Below are positions 26,039 through 32,000 of a DNA stretch of 32,000 bases, one piece after another. Source of the stretch: an uncultured Opitutales bacterium (GTDB lineage: Bacteria > Verrucomicrobiota > Verrucomicrobiia > Opitutales > Intestinicryptomonadaceae); NCBI GenBank assembly GCA_934613415.1, contig CAKTSY010000004.1, positions 180,001 to 212,000 of the forward strand, given 5' to 3'. Each line of letters begins with the position of its first letter. Position 1 is the stretch's first letter. The translations under genes were made by a program, and so were the position numbers. Below the pieces are notes generated by a model. That model worked only from the letters and a program-made list of their open reading frames with translations. It did not search any database and was not told the DNA's origin.

Positions 26039-28198
26039 ATGAAACAAAAATACTCAGTACAAGTGCCCGATTTGGGCATAACAATATCTACGGGCACAAT
26101 AGCCAAGCAGGCAAACGGCTCGGTAACAATACAATTGGGCGACACTACCGTATTTGTAAGCGCCGTTGCCGCTTCGCAGTTGCGCCCAGAGCAGGACTTT
26201 TTCCCCCTTACGGTAGACTATAGGGAAAATTTCTCGGCGGCAGGCAGGTTCCCCGGCGGATACTTTAAAAGAGAGGGCAAACCCTCCGAAAAGGAAATCT
26301 TAACGGCGCGTCTTTGCGACAGGCCTTTGCGCCCCTTGTTCCCCAAGGGCTTTATGAACGAAGTTCAGGTTATCGGCCAGCTTCTTACAGCCGACGGCGT
26401 AAACGAACCCGACATTTTGATGGTAAACGGCGCAAGTGCCGCAATGTATATTTCCGACATTCCCTGGCAGGGGCCCGTTGGCTGCGTAAGAATTGCCGAC
26501 ATAGACGGCAACTTTGTGGTTAACCCCACCCACGAACAGATGTTGGATTCTACACTCGATTTGATTTATGTAGGCAACAAAACCGAAATGATGATGATTG
26601 AAGGTAGCGCAGAACAATACCCCGAAGACAAGTTTATTGAAGCTTTGGCATTTGCGCAAACTCAGATTCAAAAAATCATTGCCGCAATTGAAGACTTGGC
26701 AAAACAGGTTGCAAAACCCAAAAAGGAATTCCCCCTTGTTGTTGTTAAGCCCGAAATTTTGCAGATGTGCACCGACTTTGTCGGCGACAGGCTTTTGGCC
26801 GCGGTTTTCCAAGACAACAAACTAAAAAGACAAGCCGACGTAGACGCCCTTATGGAAGAAGCGGCTGCCTTTGTTCAGGAAAAGGTTGGCGAAGAAGAAT
26901 TCGACAAAAACCAAATTAGGTTGGCGTTCGAAGAATTGCAGGAAAAAGTATACCGCGAAAATATTTTGGACGCAGGCAAGCGTTGCGACGGCCGCGGCGT
27001 TAAAGACTTGCGCCCCATTGCGTGCGACACAAACCTCTTCCCCGTTGTACACGGTTCGGCACTATTCCAAAGAGGCGAAACGCAGGCAATTGTATTCACC
27101 ACATTGGGCACAACAAAAGACTGCCAGGAATTAGACGGCCTTACAGGCGGCAGCAAGCAAAAGTCGTTTATATTGCACTACAACTTCCCGCCCTACTCGG
27201 TTGGCGAAACCGGCAGGTTCGGCAGCCCGGGCCGCAGAGAAATCGGCCACGGCAACTTGGCTGAACGCTCGCTTTTGCCCGTATTGCCCTCCGAAGACAA
27301 ATTCCCCTATGCAATCCGCTTGGTTTCCGAAATTATGGAATCGAACGGTTCTACGTCTATGGCGTCGGTTTGCGGCGGCTGCCTAAGCCTTATGGACGCA
27401 GGCGTGCCGATAGAAACACCCGTAGCGGGCATTTCGTGCGGCTTGGTAACGCGCTTCGACGAAAACCGCAAGCTTTTAAAGCATGTTGTTCTTACCGACA
27501 TTCTCGGCGCGGAAGACCACTTCGGCGATATGGACTTTAAAATTTGCGGTACGCGCAAAGGCATAACGGGCTTCCAGCTAGACTTGAAAATTACAGGGCT
27601 TTCGTTCGAAATCACAAAAGAGGCAATCTACCAAAACAGAGAAGCCCGCTTTAAGATTTTGGATATAATGGCGGCGGTAAAACCCGAACCCAGTGCCGAA
27701 ACAAAGGAATGTGCACCCAAGATTAAGCAAATGCGCATTTCGCCCGACAAAATCGGTATGCTTATCGGCCCCGGAGGCAAAAACATTCGCCGTATATGCG
27801 AAATTTCGGGCGCGCAAATCGACATCGACGACGAAGATCCCGGCAGAGTTCTTATTTTTGCAAAGGGCAAAGCCGCTATGGAAAGAGCCGTTGCAGAAAT
27901 CGAATTTACAATCGGCGAAATCGAAGTCGGCAAAACCTACAAGGGCATTGTTCGCTCTATTAAGGAATTCGGCGCGTTTGTAGAATGCCTACCCGGCAAG
28001 GAAGGGCTAGTACACATCTCCGAATTGGCAGACTTTAGGGTAAACAAAACCGAAGACGTTTGCAAATTGGGCGACGAAATTATGGTTAAGTGCATAGGCA
28101 TAGACGACAAAGGCCGCGTACGCTTGTCGAGGCGCGCAGCATTGTGCGAAGCCCAGGGCATTCCCTACGAACCCAAGCCCAGAGGTTCTAGAGAATAA
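26039..28198 (+). CDS. pnp: Polyribonucleotide nucleotidyltransferase (PNPase)
   Basis: 719 aa. Two RNase PH domains, KH ([17 protein letters not shown]) and S1 ([19 protein letters not shown]). Confidence 0.97.
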   Translation: MKQKYSVQVPDLGITISTGTIAKQANGSVTIQLGDTTVFVSAVAASQLRPEQDFFPLTVDYRENFSAAGRFPGGYFKREGKPSEKEILTARLCDRPLRPLFPKGFMNEVQVIGQLLTADGVNEPDILMVNGASAAMYISDIPWQGPVGCVRIADIDGNFVVNPTHEQMLDSTLDLIYVGNKTEMMMIEGSAEQYPEDKFIEALAFAQTQIQKIIAAIEDLAKQVAKPKKEFPLVVVKPEILQMCTDFVGDRLLAAVFQDNKLKRQADVDALMEEAAAFVQEKVGEEEFDKNQIRLAFEELQEKVYRENILDAGKRCDGRGVKDLRPIACDTNLFPVVHGSALFQRGETQAIVFTTLGTTKDCQELDGLTGGSKQKSFILHYNFPPYSVGETGRFGSPGRREIGHGNLAERSLLPVLPSEDKFPYAIRLVSEIMESNGSTSMASVCGGCLSLMDAGVPIETPVAGISCGLVTRFDENRKLLKHVVLTDILGAEDHFGDMDFKICGTRKGITGFQLDLKITGLSFEITKEAIYQNREARFKILDIMAAVKPEPSAETKECAPKIKQMRISPDKIGMLIGPGGKNIRRICEISGAQIDIDDEDPGRVLIFAKGKAAMERAVAEIEFTIGEIEVGKTYKGIVRSIKEFGAFVECLPGKEGLVHISELADFRVNKTEDVCKLGDEIMVKCIGIDDKGRVRLSRRAALCEAQGIPYEPKPRGSRE

Positions 28199-28220
28199 TT
28201 AACCGGCAATAAACAAAACA

Positions 28221-28251
28221 AAAATCCCCGAAAAACTTCGGGGATTTTTTG
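28221..28251 (+). terminator. Rho-independent terminator of pnp
   Basis: ATCCCCGAA (28224-28232) pairs with TTCGGGGAT (28237-28245) around a 4-nt loop; T-run 28245-28250. Confidence 0.9.
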
Positions 28252-28293
28252 TGCGCAAATTTCCGCAAAAAATTTTCACAAAATAAAAAACAA

Positions 28294-28323
28294 AAAAACC
28301 GAACGGCAAAACCGCTCGGTTTA
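28294..28323 (-). terminator. Rho-independent terminator of the ferredoxin gene
   Basis: The minus strand reads AAACCGAGCGGTTTTGCCGTTCGGTTTTTTTG: a stem with one mismatch followed by T7. Confidence 0.75.
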
Positions 28324-28341
28324 AATTAAAAAAACGTAAAA

Positions 28342-28572
28342 CTATTCGCCGTCGTTGCCGATAGCGTTTACGGGGCAAGATTCCATTGCCTCTGTGCACG
28401 AAGCCACTTCTGCGTCGGAAGCGGGCTGCTGCTTAACATACGACATACCCTCGTCGTTTCTGTCGAAAAATTCGGGAGCCATTTGTCTGCAAAGATCGCA
28501 ATCGATGCACTGTTTGTCTACATAGAATTTGCCTTCTACGTTTAATTGTGTTTTGTCGTTTTTATCTGCCAT
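28342..28572 (-). CDS. Small single-cluster ferredoxin (CxxCxxC...CP type)
   Basis: CIDCDLCRQMAPEFF ... ESCPVNAI. Start MADKNDK (28572) is preferred because the upstream ATG (28587) falls inside the candidate -10 element. Confidence 0.8.
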   Translation of the reverse strand: MADKNDKTQLNVEGKFYVDKQCIDCDLCRQMAPEFFDRNDEGMSYVKQQPASDAEVASCTEAMESCPVNAIGNDGE

Positions 28573-28582
28573 AATGCCGATA

Positions 28583-28611
28583 AACATTGGCTAAATTCGC
28601 TCTTTCGTCAA
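28583..28611 (-). promoter_or_regulatory. Candidate ferredoxin promoter
   Basis: On the minus strand: TTGACG (28611-28606), 17-nt spacer, AATGTT (28588-28583). Confidence 0.3.
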
Positions 28612-28637
28612 GTTTTTTCGGCTAAAAAATTATCTTG

Positions 28638-28643
28638 TATAAT
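28638..28643 (+). promoter_or_regulatory. Consensus -10 box upstream of the 142-aa ORF
   Basis: TATAAT at 28638-28643, 40 nt upstream of ATG 28684. No good -35 (TTTTCG at the 17-nt spacing). Confidence 0.3.
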
Positions 28644-28683
28644 GCGCGGGCATACTAGTAGATTATCAGCCTAAAATAGGTAT

Positions 28684-29112
28684 ATGCAAAACGCAAAAAC
28701 AATAGGTGCGCTAAGCAGCATTCTTGCCGTAAATGCAAACAATGCCAACGATGTTTGCTACGGCGTAAACTATGCCGTACACGGGCACAATGCACTGCGA
28801 AGCTCGCCAGAAATTGCAAAACGCCTGCTTAAAATTTACGACGAAGACGCCGCCGTTGAATATTTGGCGTTCGACGGCGACTATTTCGACCCGCTTTTTG
28901 CCATTGTACGCCTAAAAGAGGCCTTAATGCGCTTGACAGGCTACAAACGCTCGATTTTGATAATCGAGTCGCTTTCGAAAAGCTCGCTAAACGGCAAAAA
29001 GCGAAAGTCGCCAAAAAGCGAACTTCGCCTGCGCGAAAATGCGGCGTTTATAGAAAGCTACGCCGAAAAGTTCGAAAAATACATTCAAAACCTCGAAATA
29101 ATATTTATATGA
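28684..29112 (+). CDS. Hypothetical protein (142 aa), no recognisable domain
   Basis: ORF with matching codon usage. Its stop overlaps the HIT gene start (ATATGA, 4-nt overlap). Lys-rich central segment (NGKKRKSPKSELRLRE). No TM or signal peptide. Confidence 0.55.
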   Translation: MQNAKTIGALSSILAVNANNANDVCYGVNYAVHGHNALRSSPEIAKRLLKIYDEDAAVEYLAFDGDYFDPLFAIVRLKEALMRLTGYKRSILIIESLSKSSLNGKKRKSPKSELRLRENAAFIESYAEKFEKYIQNLEIIFI

Positions 29113-29447
29113 AAACACTGTTCGAAAAGATTATAGACGGCGAACTTCCGTCGAACAAAGTATACGAAGACGAATCGTTTTTCGCCTTTAGAGACATTGC
29201 CCCGCAGGCTCCCACGCACGTTATATTGGTGCCAAAGCGCGTTATACCGCGCATTGCCGAAGCCAAAGAAAGCGACGCCGACCTTTTGGGGCGTTTAATG
29301 CTTACTGCAGCTAAAATAGCCAAGCAGGAAAAACTGGACGAAGGCTTTAGAATTGTAATCAACAACGGGCCTTTCGGCGGCGAAACCGTGCCACACTTGC
29401 ATGTGCATATTTTGGGCGGCCGCCAATTAAAATGGCCCCCCTGCTGA
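29109..29447 (+). CDS. HIT family nucleotide hydrolase (HinT-like)
   Basis: 112 aa with histidine triad HLHVHILGG. N-terminus LFEKIIDGELPSNKVYEDESFFAFRDIAPQAPTHVILVPK. Confidence 0.9.
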   Translation: MKTLFEKIIDGELPSNKVYEDESFFAFRDIAPQAPTHVILVPKRVIPRIAEAKESDADLLGRLMLTAAKIAKQEKLDEGFRIVINNGPFGGETVPHLHVHILGGRQLKWPPC

Positions 29448-29491
29448 TTGCGCAGCACATAGCCTTTCCGCAAAATCTAAAAACATGCAAA

Positions 29492-29519
29492 AAAACCGCA
29501 CCTAAAAAAGTGCGGTTTT
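29492..29519. terminator. Bidirectional rho-independent terminator (HIT gene / NT5C gene)
   Basis: AAAACCGCAC (29492-29501) pairs with GTGCGGTTTT (29510-29519) around an 8-nt loop. An A-run and a T-run flank the GC core. Confidence 0.8.
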
Positions 29520-29557
29520 CGCGTTTGCACAAATCCGTTTGCCGAAATAAAAAAGGC

Positions 29558-30079
29558 CTACAACATCTCCCTTATTTGCGCCCAATTTGCCCTAACTACG
29601 CCTTCGGCTTTAACGCCATAATTTTGCGGCTGGGCAAATAGTATTTTGGTGTTTCCCCTAAACGAAGTCAGGTTCGAAAGTTTGTCGTCTATCATAATAT
29701 CGGCCAAAACAAAATCCTTTGTGCCGCAAAAAACAAACTGCTTCCAGTGCAGATACGGGAAATATCTGTTTAGCCAAACAATTTTCTCCTTCATACTGTC
29801 GGGGTATTCCGTAGCCGCCGAAACAATTAAAACCCTGTATTTTTCGTTAAGGTACTTTAGGGTTTCTATGGCTCCTTCCATAACGGGGGCATTTTCGTAT
29901 ATGCCCTTTTGGGCTAGGCACTCTCTGCAATGCGGGAACGCCTGCGGAATTAAAATTCCCCTAACCGAATTTAGGTCTGTTTTTTTGTTTGCAACTTTTT
30001 CCTCGTAGGCGGCAATTATGTTGTATAAGTCCGCCATTACGCAGTCCATATCTACGGCAATGCATTTTCTGTTGTCCAT
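29558..30079 (-). CDS. 5'(3')-deoxyribonucleotidase, NT5C family (HAD fold)
   Basis: 173 aa. Nucleophile motif CIAVDMDCVMADL. Size and layout are typical of bacterial NT5C/YorS-like proteins. Confidence 0.75.
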   Translation of the reverse strand: MDNRKCIAVDMDCVMADLYNIIAAYEEKVANKKTDLNSVRGILIPQAFPHCRECLAQKGIYENAPVMEGAIETLKYLNEKYRVLIVSAATEYPDSMKEKIVWLNRYFPYLHWKQFVFCGTKDFVLADIMIDDKLSNLTSFRGNTKILFAQPQNYGVKAEGVVRANWAQIREML

Positions 30080-30084
30080 AGCTT

Positions 30085-31575
30085 TTATAATGTTACACCG
30101 TTTTTAAAAATTGCAATTTCTTTATAGCCGTTCTGCTCCGACTTTGTCTTTTTGCCGTTGGCTACTTCTACAACAAAATCAAAAAACTCTTTTGCAAGCT
30201 CGCAAATGGGCTTGCCGTTGGCTATCTCGCCCGCGTTAAAGTCTATCCAGTTGCGCTTGTTTTCGCTTAGGGGCGTGTTTGTGGCAATTTTTATTGTGGG
30301 AACTGCCGCCCCCCATGGAGTGCCCCTGCCCGTGCTAAACAATATAATTTGGCAGCCCGCGGCGGCAAGGGTTGTAGTTGCAACAGGGTCGTTGCCGGGC
30401 GAAGTTAAAAGGCTTAGCCCCGCACTTTTTACAAAGTCGCCGTACATAAGAACGTCTCTTACCAAAGCATGCCCGCCCTTTTGCACGCAGCCCAACGATT
30501 TTTCCTCTAAAGTGGAAATTCCGCCGTCTCTGTTGCCCGGCGATGGATTTTCGTAGACGGGCATTTTGTACGACATAAAATACTCTTTAAACGAGTTTAT
30601 CATTTCCACAATTTTTTCGAATACCTCTTTGTTGCAGGCTCTTTGCATAAGCAGGGTTTCCGCTCCGAACATTTCGGGAACTTCGGTTAGCACGCACGAA
30701 GCCCCCCTGGTTATCGCCATATCCGAAAACGCGCCTATAAGCGGGTTTGCAGTAATGCCCGAAAACCCGTCGGACCCCCCGCACTTAAGTCCAATAGAAA
30801 GCTTTGAAAGCGGCAACTGCGTGCGCGAATCTTCCTTCATCTTCAACGCCAAGCCCTTTAAAATTTCAAGGCCTTGGGCAACTTCGTCGGAAAAGTCTTG
30901 AGCTTGCATAAAGCAGATTCTGTCGGAATCGTAATCGCCCAAAAATTCTTTGAATTTAGAAAGCCTGTTGTTTTCGCAGCCAAGCCCCAAAACGAGAACG
31001 CCGCCCGCATTGGGGTGCAACGCCAAACCCCTTAAAATTTTGCGTGTGTTTTCGTGGTCGCAACCAAGCTGCGAGCAGCCGTAGGTGTGCGGAATTGCAA
31101 AAACCCCGTCGGTATATTTTGCGTATTCGGTTTTAGAAAATTCGGCGGCCATTTTTTGGGCAACCGCATTTACGCACGAAACCGTAGGGATAATCCACAA
31201 CTCGTTTCTTACGCCCGCCTTGCCGTTTTTGCGCAAATAGCCGTTAAAGGTTGCATGTTCGGTTGCGTCTTTTATGCTGCAACTTTTTACGGGGTTATAT
31301 GTATAGCTTAAAAGCTCGCCTAGCGCCGTTTTTATGTTGCGGTCGCTAACCCAGTCGCCGCAGGCAATGTCGCACTGGGCTACGCCTATTGTGTGCCCGT
31401 ATTTTACAATTTCTTCGCCCTTTTTTAGGTTTTTTAGCGCAACCTTGTGCCCGAATGGAACATCGCACAATACCGTAATGGCAATTCCGCCAACTTCAAA
31501 GCTTTCGCCCTTTTTAAGCGGCTTTAGGGCTACTGCAACATTGTCGGCACTGTTTATCTGAAGCAATTTAGACAT
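30085..31575 (-). CDS. uxaA: Altronate dehydratase
   Basis: 496 aa, the length class of E. coli UxaA. N-terminal SAF-like segment LQINSADNVAVALKPLKKGE ... FGHKVALKNLKKGEEIVKYGHTIG. C-terminal UxaA/GarD-type domain. Confidence 0.9.
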   Translation of the reverse strand: MSKLLQINSADNVAVALKPLKKGESFEVGGIAITVLCDVPFGHKVALKNLKKGEEIVKYGHTIGVAQCDIACGDWVSDRNIKTALGELLSYTYNPVKSCSIKDATEHATFNGYLRKNGKAGVRNELWIIPTVSCVNAVAQKMAAEFSKTEYAKYTDGVFAIPHTYGCSQLGCDHENTRKILRGLALHPNAGGVLVLGLGCENNRLSKFKEFLGDYDSDRICFMQAQDFSDEVAQGLEILKGLALKMKEDSRTQLPLSKLSIGLKCGGSDGFSGITANPLIGAFSDMAITRGASCVLTEVPEMFGAETLLMQRACNKEVFEKIVEMINSFKEYFMSYKMPVYENPSPGNRDGGISTLEEKSLGCVQKGGHALVRDVLMYGDFVKSAGLSLLTSPGNDPVATTTLAAAGCQIILFSTGRGTPWGAAVPTIKIATNTPLSENKRNWIDFNAGEIANGKPICELAKEFFDFVVEVANGKKTKSEQNGYKEIAIFKNGVTL

Positions 31576-31580
31576 ATCCG

Positions 31581-32000
31581 TTAAAAAAACTTTTTTAAAG
31601 ATTCCAAAACGCCGATTTCCTTTACCGATTCCGCATACTTTTGCGAAAGCTCTTTAAAGCCGTCTATGGCAAACAGGCTTTCGGTATAGATTTCTTTTGA
31701 ATCGAAAAGAATTGCCGCAAATTTAAGAAAATCGCTTTCGGTTTTCAGGGCTTCGGGCGCATTAAGCGGCAGCAAAGACCTGTCGGCAAAGGCGAGAGAG
31801 GCGTTTGCAACCAATCCGAATACGCATCTTTCGGGCAAAACGCCCTTTCTTTTTGCAAACTCTCTAAGCGGGGGAACAACCCTTACCGCGGTTTTCGAAA
31901 TGGCGTTTGAACTAATCGCCTTTAGCTGGTGTTTCAAATACGGGTTTTTAAATCTTTCCAAAACGGAATTTGCGTAGGCTGTTTTGCCTTTAATGTCTAA
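31581..32000 (-). CDS. uxaB: Altronate (tagaturonate) oxidoreductase, C-terminal part (5' end beyond window)
   Basis: The frame stays open to base 32000; the ORF-track Met at 31961 is really an internal TTG. ERFKNPYLKHQLKAISSNAISK matches the C-terminal domain of the mannitol dehydrogenase family. Located 5 nt upstream of uxaA. Confidence 0.75.
   Translation of the reverse strand, partial: LDIKGKTAYANSVLERFKNPYLKHQLKAISSNAISKTAVRVVPPLREFAKRKGVLPERCVFGLVANASLAFADRSLLPLNAPEALKTESDFLKFAAILFDSKEIYTESLFAIDGFKELSQKYAESVKEIGVLESLKKFF

Noticed and set aside
1-32000. Search for CRISPR repeats, tRNA/rRNA/tmRNA/SRP RNA, IS elements with terminal inverted repeats, integrases, toxin-antitoxin pairs and known defence-gene signatures.
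   Set aside because: None was found by eye. Intergenic gaps are short (the largest is 349 bp) and are accounted for by promoters, leaders and terminators. No nuclease, ATPase, reverse-transcriptase or methyltransferase-type accessory genes are present.

Overview
This is a tightly packed bacterial chromosomal segment with 30 protein-coding genes; both edge genes are truncated by the window. I found no rRNA, tRNA, CRISPR array, transposase, integrase or phage gene. Gene order, left to right:
- GH2 beta-mannosidase-like gene (partial), a fused MurU/AmgK-type nucleotidyltransferase-kinase, and gdhA.
- A four-gene tripartite efflux operon: MacA-like adaptor, split MacB-type ATPase and permease, NodT-type outer-membrane lipoprotein.
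- An orphan secreted 541-aa protein.
- A minus-strand five-gene string: purT, AEC transporter, HAD phosphatase, ThiS-like beta-grasp ORF, AzgA-type purine permease.
- An HhH-GPD DNA glycosylase, then a GT-A-like ORF overlapping an exported SHD1+HExxH protein, then a convergent secreted metallophosphoesterase.
- Core genes rny, clpC, hpt, trxA (preceded by a tail-anchored Pro/Ala-rich ORF), rpsO-pnp and a ferredoxin.
- An orphan 142-aa ORF overlapping a HIT hydrolase, then NT5C nucleotidase, uxaA and uxaB (partial).

Several clean rho-independent terminators (some bidirectional) and sigma70-like promoters are readable. Shine-Dalgarno motifs are weak or absent for many genes. The SHD1+HExxH architecture weakly suggests a PVC-group organism; this is inference only.

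The window is mostly housekeeping. I do not see a convincing self-contained novel defence, mobile or biosynthetic system. The best candidates for something undescribed are:
- the ThiS-like ORF lacking a Gly-Gly end, translationally coupled to the purine permease inside the purT string;
- the MurU-AmgK fusion next to GH2;
- the GT-like / SHD1-HExxH overlapping pair;
- the orphan secreted 541-aa protein;
- the structured ~150-nt rpsO leader.

All functional calls rest on motif recognition by eye. No database search was run.
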